Shown here one piece after another: positions 1-15,000 of a stretch of 42,334 nt of DNA. The DNA comes from Puniceicoccales bacterium. Lineage in GTDB: Bacteria > Verrucomicrobiota > Verrucomicrobiia > Opitutales > LL51. The number at the start of each line of letters is the position of its first letter. Position 1 is the stretch's first letter. The stretch lies in assembly GCA_031284265.1 (NCBI GenBank), contig JAITAG010000068.1, forward strand, positions 1 to 42,334, written 5' to 3'. A program made the position numbers and the translations under genes. Under the pieces are notes generated by a model. That model did not search any database, had not been told where the DNA came from, and saw only the letters and a program-made list of their open reading frames with translations.

Positions 1-3000
1 ATATCGCGGAGGAAGGAAACCAAACTTCCCGCCTGAACCTGATTCGAATCACTACCATTCACCTGCGGCCAACCATTGGGATCGTCTGTCGAAGCTGGAG
101 CTAATTTTAATATTACCGATTCCGGAACATTGGTTATCGCTGTCGCCGCATGTAAATCCATTTCATTCAGCCCCGTCGTATTCAAAAATTCTACCTGCAT
201 GGAATTGAGCGGATCAAACGGAGAAGCGGGCTCGTCCGCAAGCTTCTGCGTCTTCTCCTGGATCATCCCAATCATCGCCGGCGTCTTGTAATTCGCCATC
301 TCAAAGAAACATAGGCGATCCCGTGCCATGTAAATCGGCACTTCCATGTTCTTCGTCACCTGCTCCACGTAATCCATCATCAAATCATTCTTCGGTAACT
401 TCGCCTTCGCCAATGTGTAAATATACCCCTCCGTCGAAGTTGTCGCCCCATCCTCTTTGTACCGAAATAACGTCTGCAACGCATTATGGCGAATCACATC
501 TTTAAAAAGAATGCCGTCCACTCCCCACTCCGACGCATCAACCGTACTCCTCGCCTTTCCCCATTTACACTCAATACTCGTACCTCCTTCTCCGGAACCA
601 ACCGTAAATAGATAGGGACTCGACGCCGAATACGCCTTAATCACTGAATTATCCTTTGTTGTCCATTTATTATTAGTATAGGAACCATAGGCACTGGCCA
701 AATCCAATACGCATTTCTCAATCTCCCCTTTCGTATTGTTGTAGCGGAATAAAAATTCATGCCCAAGCAACGGATCGGCCCCGTTTGATCGCACGTAGTC
801 GCAGAGGCGCAACGCATGCTCCCCCGTCGATAACTTGACAAATTGTACCGCGATTTTCCCCGGTGTGCGCTGAAATTGTACCGTATCGTTTAAAAATACA
901 ATTTCATTGCCGATTTTTCCGTAATTATTGTAGACGTATTCCAAAAGCATAATCTTGCCGTAAAGCTCAACCTGCGCCTCAATCACCTTAATCTTATCCG
1001 CCGTAAATTCCTTCAACTTCTTGATCGTCTCCCCTAGCCGCTCCTTTAGTGTATTCATTTCCGGCGAAATTACACTCTCTACTCCCTGCGCTTCCGCTTC
1101 CTTGGCTTTATCCTCCAAATCCCAACTTAAACGCAAGGTCTCTAGATTCGTTACCATTTCCTCAAACCGCGTATAGCAAGTCTCGTAAAGTTTCGTATTA
1201 AAGTTTTCTCTATCCGTAGCCGATGGATTAGTTCCCAGTTTGGGAGTAATTGTCGGCTCTATCTGTCGTACCAGTTTTCCAACGGCCAGCGATAAATCTC
1301 CCCCCCAAAATTCCTCATGGGAGACAATGTTGCCAAAGTGATTGAAAAGAACATTGTTAATCGACGTAAGACGCTGGACAAAAATATTTTGCTCCTCCGA
1401 TGAAACTTTGTAAGCCTCCACCTCATCGCGTATGCCGCGGTAATAATTCAACCATTTTTCATCGGTACTGATAATCACACGCTTCGTATATTCATCAAAT
1501 ACATCTACCAAGGCACCGCTACCATCGGACCGATATTCCGGATGATTCTGTAAAGCCACCGCGCCTAACTCACCCTTTTGATCATAGACGGCAATCGCCT
1601 TACTATAGGTATCGAGATTTCCATTAATGGCATCCAAATGTTCCCTTATTTTACCCCCCAATTCGCCGTATAATGCTCGACTGTTATCGCTATCAATATT
1701 ATTGATTAGCGTTTCTACGCGTTCCAGAGTCTGTGCAAATGATTTGACATAAACATCCGTAATGATCGCCTCATCACTGCCATCCACGATCATCGCCAAG
1801 TCTTTCACCGGAACATATTCCAATTGGGTTCCCTTTTGAAATAAATCATCTTTCTTGTATAACTTTCCATCGGTACCACGAAGTTGAATTGCCGCCGAAT
1901 TACAGTATTGATCATCGCGCGCCGTCGAAAAATCGCCTTCATATTTATAATAAAGTCCATCACCTACGTTATCTAGTGTACAAAAGTCATATTTTGTACC
2001 GTAAATATAGAGCGTATCCATGGCTAGACTGCTGACAAAATAAACCTCCTCATTTGGATCGCGTTTTACGTAGTAAACATCGCGCAATCGAATAAAATTG
2101 GGATCATTTTTTACGGCATTCCATTCATAATATCCGGTTGTTTCAGCGCGGACAACTCCTCCTTCCGGATCGGGAGCATAACTCCCGGAAGTACCGTCAA
2201 TTGTCACCTTTTTTTCCTGGCCAAAATAGACGACGGGGCTTGCGCTGCCAGGATCCGTATCGATTTGATAACACAAGGTACCCGTATCACCCGTATTTGC
2301 TTCTTTATACAAAGTGACGAGATCATTCACAGCGACATCCTTGCCGTAGGCATTGACAAAAAAGGAATGAATGCCAGCATTGGGGTCATTGACAGAGATT
2401 TCACTTTTTTTGACATACTCGTTTACGATTTTAATGCGATCCCCAAGATTGTTTTCCGTAACATAAATGAACTGAGTGGGATGAGGTATGCTAACGTCAT
2501 CAACTTTAAACAAATAATTACCCCTAATTGCAGTTGTCCCTTGACCAATATATAGTTGTGGATCGGATCCTATCTTCATAGCATAATATTGGCCATCATC
2601 ACCTTTGATGAAGAGTACAACATCCGTAGCCGTCGTATCCTGGCTATAAATAAATTCATAGTTTTTGAAAATATCTTCGCTTAATGAGGTTATGGCCGTG
2701 CTTGCTTTTTCTGAGTAAACAAAGCCCAGAAAATCGTTATAAGCGCCGTCGATGGCAACTTTCAAATTTTTAGCACCATAGAAGGCATTATCGGTACCTT
2801 TTAGATAACAGTTTACAGTTTGTGAGTTTGCATATCCTGTGTTTGCAGTTTTTGTGATAGTATAAATTTCAAATTTTCCATTTCCTGAATTATATATATC
2901 TTTCAATGTATCATCTAATAGTTTGCTACACTCTGTGTAGTCTCCATTTTGTCTAAAATTTCCCACTAAATTATCTACATTTATTTTATCTTTTTCTTCT

Positions 3001-6000
3001 AAATTTTCATTTTTCCTATCTGCATATTCCCTCATTTTTGGTAAATATTGATCCATATTCAGCGAAAATTCATCTTTGGTGGGTACATAATATCGATCAA
3101 CTTTAATAGCTTTTGCCGCATCATATGTTTCCAAATCGGCCTTTTCGGGAACAAGATAGGGCACCATATAAACGCCATTGCTACTTTTTAACTCGTCTAG
3201 ATTGCCTATAAATTTCGACAATTTTCCATTTCGCTTGACAACTAATTGAAAATCTTTCAGGTTATAATATTGAGTTCCAAATCTGACGGCTTTAGATTGT
3301 TGTCTTGAAAGTGCCGTATAGGTGGGAGAGCCGTTTGCTTGAACGTTATATTGCTCAAATAATCCTGAGCCCGAAACGTTGCTTCCTTCAGTAGGTTTGA
3401 CTTGTACCTTGCTATCACCGATGCTAAGATAAATTGGAATATTCGTATCATTACCATTTAACGTTCTGTAAGACATCTGTCCCTCTTCATTTTCGTATTT
3501 TACTTTCAGGGTGATATCATCACGTCTCCGATCGTAGTACTTAGATCCTATTTTTACAAAATTTCCGCTGGCGTTTTCATTTACTGTATATTGTTCCGTT
3601 GGCTGGGAAACGCGCACAAATTTCGTCCCTGATTTTTTTACGAAAATATTGCTCAATCCATGAGTATCGAGCGCTGGTCCCGATCCACTTTCACTACCAT
3701 TTACGGTCATACCATTGAGATTATACAACTGGCCATTTGCGCCTTCCACTTGCATGTCTTTTGCAATGTATAAATCTTTATCCTTTACTTCCGTTACAAC
3801 TTTTTTGTCGCTAGCATTGGCTACAAGTATGCCGTTTAATCCTTCCATTCCACCGGATACGTTTACCTTTTTTTTAACCATTACCTTACCGGTATTATCC
3901 TTAAGGGGCACATATGTGTTATCTGATTTTTTCACATATTCTCTCTCTCCGTCTTTTATTTGTATAATATTGCCGGAAACTTCTATATAACGATTCCCTG
4001 GCAATAATGACTTCGTACCCGCCTTAATAGTTTCATTAGCGCCAACGGTTTTAATTTCTTTGTAATCTGTTTCCGAATATTTTGCATAAAATTTCCTATC
4101 CACTTGGACTAGGGTATCCTCTTGCAAAACAAACCAATTTCCTTCGTCTGATACCAAGTCGTAATCCACATAGAGTTCTCTAGAACTACCGTTATTCACA
4201 TCGTAATAACGCCCATTTTCGCCATGCACATACGAACCGGCTACACTTTTGACTGGAATTACGAAACATGTCTCGGTGCTTCCTTCTTCACTGGCACGTA
4301 TCAATTCCCCTTGATTCGTATTTTTAGTAAAAAGATTATTATATGTTTCCTCTTCCAAAGCATAGGGTTGCCAACTCGCGATGGAAAGCGGAGATGGTGT
4401 CTCTGCTGCCTTATAAAAAATAGCAGTACTATATGTAAATTCCCTTCCATTAATTGTCTTAATTTTTACATCTTTCAATGGATAATATCCGCCATCACTC
4501 GCCTGCACATAGTCATTGTTAGTGTCTATGTCCGGATTCACTTTAACTTGAAATTTTTGTGTTCTGTTAATTTTCGGCTCTCCGTTACCGGGATCGTCTT
4601 GTTTTATGGGCAAAAATTTCCCATTGGCATAGATACAATCGCCATCTATTGCAGTAGATCCGCTTTGTTCTGTGTACTTACTCTCCGGATGAGGAACATA
4701 AAGATATTGATCGCTATTTTCAACCGCTTGCCTCACATAGCGGCGATCGGGAAACTCCACGCGGTATTCTTTCTCACCCTGAGTAAAGTAATATGCATCC
4801 GTGTTTCCTACGAGGACGTATTGATTCAACACCTCTGAAAAGATATATACATCCTTACTTTCTGCCGTAAAACCTTCCGGATTTTCGCTGTTTCTAACGT
4901 ATCGCTCATAGGTAACCGGTATCACTAAATAGGGATCATCGCGCGCAATATACTTTTCGCCAACCCCCCATTGGTATAATTTCATACCAAAAAACTTTTT
5001 CTCATTCTGCGTTGAACGATAAAAAGGCGTCAATGAAGATCGATAGATGTCGAGTGATGTCCCCATTGATACTCCACCTTTGGATACAATATTGCTAGCT
5101 TCCAGTCTGCTCAAACTAATGTCTCCGGGAAGGACATAAAGGGTTTTCCCCGACAAACTCGACAGATTACCCTCTAATGGTAAAATTGAGCTCCCATTAT
5201 TGTAAACAATTTTATATTTTTTCAGACTGTAATATTGGGTTCCAACTTTAACCGCTTCATTTTCATTCGTACCGGAACCATCAAATTTTGTCGAGTCGTA
5301 TCCTGAAATTTTATACCGTTCTCCGTTCGAAGCTGTGATTTTCTTATTAGTACCATCCGCTCGTTTGATATATAGTTCACCACCAATTGTTTGAATCTTG
5401 TAATAAAAACCATTATCCAAATAATAATTTCCATTATTATCTTGAGTAAATAGGACACCCGTATTATTCCGCTCTAAGGTTTCACTATATATACTGACCG
5501 TTTCTCCATTTTCCAGGACACATCCATCGGTTGTTTCTCCTACAATTTTATAATATGTTCCATTGGCAATGGGTTCCTTTGTGTTCGACGTATTATCCGA
5601 TTCACTATCTGACAATTCCGCTTCTTTGTAGTAGTATTTTGTGTAAACATCGTCCACTTTGTAATATTGCCCTTCATCACCGATGATGAAATAGTCCCGA
5701 TCGTTTGCGAGAGGCCCCTTAAGATCGGGAAAATCCTTGGAAGCGACTTCGGCGTATCCTCTCAGGGTTGCCCTGTAGCAAAATGTATCATTGCTGTGTA
5801 AATCGATATATTTGATATTATCTCCATCGTACACCTTGTATTTTAAATGATAGCGTTTGATATTGTAATACGTTCCATCTTCTCCCAAAACATAGTAATT
5901 TACAGCATTTTCAGAAACGGGTTGCGTCACCTTATCAGCGGTCAATCGGTAGCCCCCTCCACTCTGTTCATACAATATATGGGGCGTTAGAATACGGACA

Positions 6001-9000
6001 TGTTGTTCCGGTGAAAGTTGTACGAAAGCTACTTCTTGCTCAACTAATTCAAAATATTGGCCATTACTGAGGATATATTGCTTATTTTGTTGCACGTCAT
6101 ACTGAATATAGCCTTCTTTCTCGGCCGGTTCTCGATAAAGCCATCCTACGCCATCGACTCTATGTGCCTGCATGCAATTACTACTGCTGTCACTTGTGAA
6201 ATAGTGCGGTCGAGAGTCTACAATTTTTAAATCTCCCTGATAAGGTTTTATTTTTTCTAAAAGTGTTTGGACATTGGCAGTGTCTCCGCAGGTATAGTAT
6301 GATGTTTCTCCATTGCCCAAAATATCTTCACATATATCACTATATGCCTCTTTAGCTTCAGTTAATTGTGTCTCATCACTATTCCAATAGGGATATTTTT
6401 TTTGCAAAAATACCATAAAACAGGCCGCATTGAATGCCTTAAACATATCGGTAATGGTATCGTTCTGAAACTGTTTAATCGCATCGATGATTGCTTTAAT
6501 TTTTTCACAAATATTTGTATCTTTATAGTCCGCAATGCTTACATAGTCACCCGCGATGAGTGCGTTTAATGCCTGGGCAAAAGAATCCGATCCCGCTGTT
6601 CCTAATTTTTCTCGAATCGCATTGTAAATGCCGGTTAATTGGTCATATTTAGTTTTGGCATCCTCGGCATCACTTCCTGTGGCCGTTGAATCGATTGGGG
6701 TAGTTCCTGCCAATTCTTGCAAAGCCTTGATTGCCTGCTCCGCCGTCGTATTAGTAGGCGGTTTCAAGACGTACCACAGCAATCGATGCAATTCTTTAAA
6801 TTTTGACTTAATATAGGTTAATTGCTGAAAATTGGCATTGGCATTTTGGACTACGTTACTGTTTAATTTATTGACATTAGGGGTCAAAGCTTGACCGAAG
6901 GTTGAACCTCTATGGGCTTCGTAATATTTTTGCAAGGATTCATCCTGACCGAAATTTGAAAATAAAACCGCAATTTGTCCTTTTATATTATTGATAACAT
7001 CTTTAACGGTTTGATCTGCAGTGTCGTAAGAATCATTTGGGAAAGCACCTGAAAAAGCCTCTTTTAAATTTAACCGTTGGGTTTCATTGGTGGCGAGATT
7101 GGGATATAATTTTTCCAATAGGAGGAGATAATATTGGGGCTGTGCTTGCTCAAAGGCCACCTTAATCTCATTTAAACAATTTTGAAAGCAGCCATAACTT
7201 GCACTGGAAATTTTGCCATTTATCGCATTAATAATTTCCCCAAATGCAGTATTGATGTCATCTAATTTCTCCTGTGTTGGTTCCGCTACAAATAACGTTA
7301 AATAAGTATTAAGGGCACTTATTTTTCCATTTATTGCTTCTACAAAGCTTTCCATTCCTTTGATGAGCACACACAGTTCAGCGGAATCCTGTAAATCGTG
7401 TAATAATTTATCCAAAGAAATTTTGGAAATAGTTGTTATTTGTGGAGTCGCACCATTTCGTATGTATTTCTGAAATTCGGTGTATAAAGAATATATACAT
7501 TGTTCGACTTTTTGCCTATAATTATTAAATATTCCCGAAAATACCTCGAATTTTTCATTCTTCAAATTCGTATTAATACTTCCCTTAATGTTACTCAAAT
7601 CGATATCATTGATTGTATTTTTTGGGTAAATAGACTGGAAAATGTCACCTAACGTTGCCTCTGAAGCGGTATTCTGTGCAATATAGGCTTTGTGGAGCAA
7701 AATTTTCAAAGCATTGACTTCTGCTGTGGACAAGTACTTTTCACAGAGCTCTTCGTCCGCCGTTTCGAGCTCTTCCCAATGGCCAAAAACGAATCGGAAC
7801 ATTGCCATTTCTTCCCGTGTTACGGCATTTTGATTAAATTTTGAAAAAATCCCGAGATAAGTCATGGCTTCAAAGCGATACAAGTGCTCAATTAAGTGGT
7901 TTATGTAGGCGTTATGTGCCGTAATTTGACTCTCGTCCCACGTAATAGGGGTCACATCGACGTAATAGGACGTATTCAATGGGTCACTGGGGTCTGATTT
8001 TTCTACGCAAGAATAGCTGTTTTTTAATTTTTGAATTTCTTCATCGATTTTTAAACGCAATTGGCAATGAATTATGGACAGCACTTCCCGATAGGCTGGA
8101 GCTTGATCAAGTCCGGAACTATTGAAAACCGTTTTAAAAATCGTTAAAAGCCCTTCAGCGGAGGCGAGACTTGTCTGCAACGCTTCTTTTTGAGTGGCAT
8201 ATGCACTTGGATTCGTAGCATCATAGGCAGTAATAAAATCAGTGATCTTCGGTTGAATCGCGGTTAATACATCGGCTTTGATCAACGCATCACTCTGAAA
8301 AAAACTTACCGCTTCATTGTAAGCTTCGACCAAAATACTCAGACTATGGTTTTCATTATTTTTATTAATATCGGTGAGCGCGAGATTTTCGATAGTCTGG
8401 GTAGTAATATCGTCCCAAGATGATGGATTTGAAAATATTTCATTCGAAAAATCATTTAAAGCATTGAGGAATTCATTTTGTTGTGATCCTGAGCCTAATA
8501 GAGCTTTTGATATTTCACTCAAATTATAAACATACTGAATTTCTTGGGATGCTTCAGTAAAAATTCCCTTAAGGGATGTTCCGACATGGGTTGAATCAAT
8601 TAAATCAGCAACCTTTTGGATACGATTGCCCAATAATGCGGTACTTGAAATACCGGTACTATCTGCATTTTGGGCCAGCGTTAGGACTTCATTAAATGTG
8701 AGTGCTGAAGTTTTATCATCAAACGCCGAAATTCCGGAATAGGGCGCTTCTTCCGATTCCGAAGACGCTTCCTCTCCGCATAAAAATTTTTGGACGATTT
8801 CTTTCGATTCCGATAGTAAGACACTCAATAGCAGTAATTTTTCAATTTCCGCACTACAATTTAGAATATCTTCCATTGCTGCTATGACTTCCGGATCGGT
8901 GGGATTATCGTCAGTCGTTACGTTTCGTCCCAAAGCATTATTTAATCGCGTAGAAAATGTTTTTAATGTCTCTAAACTCGGTGAAGATTCTTTACGAATC

Positions 9001-12000
9001 TCAGCTAAGATACCAGCAATCGTTTGATTCCATTCGCTTTCTCCGATCTCATTGTTGTCAGCTACTCGATCTTGATAATCAAGGTAAGATTCATCCGTGC
9101 ATAATTTGACATGGTTTTTCAATGATTCAAAATTACTCAGAATGGCCTGAATGTTTTCCAAGCGATCTCCAACAATTCTTTGCTGCAATGTTCGCGGTGT
9201 ACCGTCAGCGGGCTCATTGCTTGTCAGTGCATTATCCACGGTTGTTTTTGTTTCTGCCAAGTTATAATTTGTAAAACTATTCAAAGCCGCCGTCAAAGCG
9301 CTCTGTGTCGTTGCATTAAAAACATCTCTCAAATCTAATTGATATCCATCAATGGTCGTGGCAACAGACGATAATATCGTCGGCAATGATTGGGATGTGG
9401 CAATTTCAATGGTACCATCAAATATGCCTAATAATGTAAAAATTTCGTGATACTCTGGGAAAATACCATCCTTTATATTTCCATCATTCAATGCATTCCT
9501 AATCGTTTCAAACGCCAGTTTTTCGTCATCATCTGGAGTAGCTAAAGCGCTTACGATAATGTAGCGCAATTGCTCTCGTATGTTCGGCAATATTAGATTG
9601 TTTACATAGTCTACACTTGCATTTTTTTCTTCATCGGACACTGACCTATTTTGTAAAATTCCAATCCAATCATCGCTGACTCCCAATACTCGTAAATCGT
9701 CTGCGGATAAACTGGAATTCCCATTCCATGAAAAAGTCATCAAAAAAGCATCATATTGTGTTTTCAAATCTTGAAAAAGTCCTTTTTGTGTCATATCTTC
9801 TGTCGAGTATCCGTTTGTTTTGAGCGATTGGGTCAAACTTTCCAATGTTTCTCTCATAGCTTCCATGGTACTATTATTATCAATAAAAAGGTTATACGCA
9901 TAGGTATTTACGACGTATTTCCAATAAGCATTGGCATATCGCTCATCATAGCTATCCATGAGATTTTCGGTAGTACTGACGTAAACGGGCGGATTAACCG
10001 TTCCACTCCCAGGATATTTTACAATTTCATTTCTTATTTCATTTATTGCATCATTATTCCAAACATAATGTGCCTCTTCCGGATGAAACTCTCCCGATTC
10101 ACTGTCTAATGCCGTGCCAAAAGGTGTATCACTTCTGCTCTCTGAATTATCTATTTGTTTTAAAAAGCCAAATTTCTCTTCAATTGTGTTGTCCTCAATC
10201 TCTAAACAATACAGATCAAAGTTAGCGAGTATGTATTTCAATTGATTCTTATTATTGCTAGAGAAATGATCTTTATTAGTAATTCCATCAAGTGCTTTTA
10301 AAAATGAATATTGAAATGCCTTTTGGCCATTATCATCAAATCCCGAATATGCTGAGGATATCACTGTTTTTAAATCGTTCCCATCCGCATTCTGCGCCCA
10401 AAATCCGTCCCAATCGATTATATCTGCTCCAAAGGAAGTAATGATTCCATTCGCACCATAGGTAACACTTGCAAATTTTTCTACAAACAGATTTACTGCA
10501 CCAATAATATCAGTATCATCACCAATCGCAACCCACGTGTCATAATCAAATTCGGCTTTTTGAAGGAAATAAGTGCTCGCCGGATGAGTGGCCATATCAG
10601 CATTCTGCGTTTGCAACGAATCAATTTCTTCGGTCAAATGCTGTATTAATAAATCTGTCATTCCAGGATCAGTTTCTTCGGTTTCATTTTCATCATAAAA
10701 CACGTAGGAGTTGGTGGTATTTTTATCATTATCGCCATCGTTATTTCCAAAAAGATATATGGACGATGATTCTGACTCCAAGTCAACGGTAGCAATTATG
10801 CTACACAAAAGCTCTTTGAGTTTCCCTAATTGATCTACCGTGCTTTTCAGTTCATTAAGTTCATTATTCGCAAAAGCCCTTCGTAATTCATCTACAACTT
10901 GATAACGGAAATTTGCCAGTATTTGATTCGCGTAGATCCCTAACTCTGCCTGATCTTCATTGGTAATGGTAATCGTTATATCATCCGGCAACCCCGTGTC
11001 TTTTGTTTGCAGTAGCACCGATACGTCACTTCCATCAAATGTCGCCTCACTTATTTTTTTTAAAAGTTCCGTAAATAATCTATTGAGTTTATTAATCTGC
11101 GTAGCCTGATCATTATTGTTAGATGTTGCTATAGCACTACAAAGATTAGTCAAGATTGTATCGAGCTCAGTTTGGGTATCACTATCATTCTTTTTTCTTG
11201 TTAATGTTTTATAAATATTTGACTTTAAACCTTCTATATAGTTTTCCTTGACAGCCGTTTGGGTCTCTTCGCTGTATTCTAACTCACCGACAGTTTTTGT
11301 TTCCACGTCAACTTCTATTGCGTTAAAAACATAATCTTCCGCCAATTGCCAGAAATTTTCCGCATCTAAAAGCCCTTTAAATGTCGCACTGGCAGCTTCG
11401 ATTTTCGATTGGATTCCATAGGCATATACCCCACCATAAATCGCCAATAGGGATAAATTGTCCTGCCCTACCAATTTTGAAACCTGATTATTAAATTCAG
11501 TCGTGAAAATATTACCCGTGGTATCAATGATGTTTTCTGTTAAAAAATCACTTGCGGCATAATCATTGCCATTATAACTGCCCAACTGATCGACGATATT
11601 GAGTACGACCTGATTATTGAAGGATTGGTATAATTCGAGCTCCGCCGTGATAAGGGATTGTAATTTTCCCACATCATTTGATGTTAAAAATGTTTCGAAT
11701 GTATTTGCACCAATTGTATTTTTGACAACGTAAAATTCCGTGGAATTTGCATTATCTTTGAATTTTTTGATACGAAATAATTGGTCATTTAATGTGATAG
11801 TCGTTGAAACATCATCCATCGACAAGTTAGCCCAATTTGGGGTACCATTACTATCTAATAAATTGTCCCCTTCGTTTGTCGTAAGTCCCTGTATTGTCGT
11901 TTGAGCAGTATTTATAGATAGACAAATTTCATTTATTTGATTGTGCAGATTCAGGTTATTTAATGAGTCGTTATAACTATTAATTAGATCAGCTTTGTTT

Positions 12001-15000
12001 ACGTCGGTGCTACTTTTGCTTAAGTTAGTGAAGGCAGTTTTATAGCCGTCTAAACCATTCAAATTTGGATTATTTTCCAATCCAAAATCGCTAACAATTT
12101 TATTATGGGCCAATACAAACTGGCTCATAAGCCACCGCGAACGATCATAGGCTTCATCGACCTGCTCTAGATTCCTATGAGCAATTTCTGCAACAGAAGA
12201 AACAGTTTCCGCAGGATTTAAACCCGTAGCAGCGATAGTACCTATGGCGTCATACAAGCTTTCAAATTTCAACTCCCTAGGAAGATTTTGCACATCGGTG
12301 AAATATGGACCATTTTCGGGCACAAGTCCTTCCTGGGAAGGATTTTCCGTTTTAACCGCGCCACCTACGATGCCTTTTAATGTACCATTTTCCGGTGTCG
12401 ACGTATACAATACACTGGAAAAACTTACATCGTAGGCAGTCCTATCAATCGCATCGAGTAAACTGAGGGCATCCGCTTTCGTAAGTGTAAATTTTCGGTC
12501 TTCCACATTCCCCAATTCCTCTCGATCGACAAAACTTCTTAGCGCCGTCCTTAGGTCATTCAATGGGATAAATTGCGATTTCCAACTGGGATACAGCTTC
12601 GTCAACAGATTGCTCAAAGTCATTTGTTTGTTTTGTTGTAAAATTTGAAGCAACTGTTGTAAAATTACCTGGCCATGACTCGCCGCTAGATCGGTCAATT
12701 TGTTAGCCGGATCATCTCCGATTTGTACACCGTTTTGGATGCTTGCCATGTATTCGGTTTTAAACTTTTCTTCCAAACCTGATAATGCGCTGTGCATATC
12801 TTGAAAGGACGTTATAGCGTCTGTAGCATTTATTGAATCCAATTTGAATATATTAATATAAATTCCAACGGTTGTTCCTTTCAATAGGGCAACAGCCTCA
12901 TTGTAGGCGCTTGCAATTTTATTGAAAAGGTAAACATAATAATCCTTTTCTACGGTATTTTGAGTTGTACTATCAAAATCTGAGGATAAAAGTTCTATGG
13001 GCTGCAATGTATTAATATTGTCTTTTAATGCACCAGCCTCACTTACTGAACCCATGTTTACCAAATTCGCCATGGTTTCATTTAAGGCGCTGAATTTTGT
13101 CCCATAGGTTTCAAATTTAGTTTCAGGATTATAATCCGCTTGGGTAAAAATTATTTTTAGGCTATTTTCCCCATCGGCTTCCCAACTCGGTAAAATTGCT
13201 TTCAAAGTTGCCTCATCACAATTACCTTTGAGCGGCAATAGGTTACTTTCAAAGGAACTGATCAGTGAATAAACCGCACCGCTGTCTTCTAAAAATTTAA
13301 TCAAACCATTGAGAATAATTCCTAGGCTTGGTCGCAATGATGCAAATTCTGCCTTTAACCGTTCATAGGATGAATTTCCCCCTTCCCTATTGACATACCA
13401 GTCGGAGTATTTCTTTTGCGCTTTTTCTAGGAAAAATGCAACTTCGATGTGATCTAAAATGGTCAATAAATCCTCGATCGCATTCCTGAGATTGGCCTCA
13501 TTGGTGATATTTCCCGTACACGTTGCGTCGATATTTATAGCGTCTATGTCCGCTCTGATGATATCCAGTGCATTTTTGATCTGCGTAAAAACATCGTCCG
13601 CAGTACTTGAATCGGCGTTTTTAAGCGTTGTTATTAAGTTGTTAGAGGGATTTACCAATCCTTTTAAGCCTGCACTGACAACATTATACGCATCAACAAA
13701 TTTGTTAACGGTATAGGCATAGCCTCCCCCATCCTCAAAAGTTTTAGTTGCAGACGCCAATCCATTTAAATCGTTATAAAGTGTAGTGTAGCGATCGGAT
13801 TCCCTCGGATCTATAAAATTCTTAAATATGCCATTTAGACTCTTAATCGATTCGTCATCCGATTGGTTAACCAATCTATAAACGGATTTCATTTGATTCT
13901 GGATATCTGTCTTTGCACTATCCGAAATACTACTGGCTAAATCTTCGACACCTTTTGGTATATAGGTATCGCTTTTAATCAGTGGATAAACGTTGGCAAA
14001 CAGGGTTAAAAGCGAAAAATCAATGCTATTGGAACTGATATATTTGGTCAGTTGTGAAAATAGGGAAGTTCCATCCGTATAGGGAATATGTTCACAGGAA
14101 ACGAGCAATTGTTTGAATTGCGATAACAATTCTCCATTGTCATATAAACCCGATGTCCTATAGGCTTCAATTGCATTTAAGATTTCTGCAACGGGAATAT
14201 TGATATCCTGACTGGGATCATATCCCGTGTCCACATACTCGACAATCCCTTTGGCATATAGATACGCTTCCGCTTCTTCATTATATTCTTTTTCTCCATC
14301 TAAACTGGTCACACTCGCATCGACCGTTCCCGAACCATAGAGTCCATTTTCCATGGTACGCATGATTCCATGGTCAATGGCCATGCTGTAAATTTTATTG
14401 ACTAGTACCTGGCGCTTGACCGCATCCGAACGCCATCCCGTAATCGTTTCATCCAAAAGATAAGTATTTAACTCTTTTCTAAAATTGTTGGCTTTGATAT
14501 ACTCCAACAACAAATCAATGATCTCCAATTCTCGCTTTAACACAATCTGTTCACTGCGTATTCCCTGTAAAATGGCCTCCGCGAAAATATCATTACCATT
14601 CGCCAAATCATTATATTTTTCGAGTAAATTCGTCAGCTCAACGCTGTAATCACTGATATCATATTTCCCTTGGTCTTTGTAACATTTCGCCCCATATTTC
14701 TCGTAGACATGAATATAATCTATTAAAAGCCCGGAAATATTTAATGCGGATCGATCGGCCTTGAAAAAGACGGAAAATAGATCGTATTGATTGTCCAACT
14801 TGGGGTGGCGATGGGATGTACCATCTTCAAACACGTAGGCTTCTCCATGAAATTGAAAGGATTGTATGGCATCGTAATATACGCCGTAATTCGTGCGCAA
14901 TTCTTCAATTTTTTCCATTAGAAGCGTGCCCACGTCCTTACTATTCCTCGCTTTAGCGGTTCCAAACCACCCTCCCAATAATTTTGTAAATTTCACAAAA

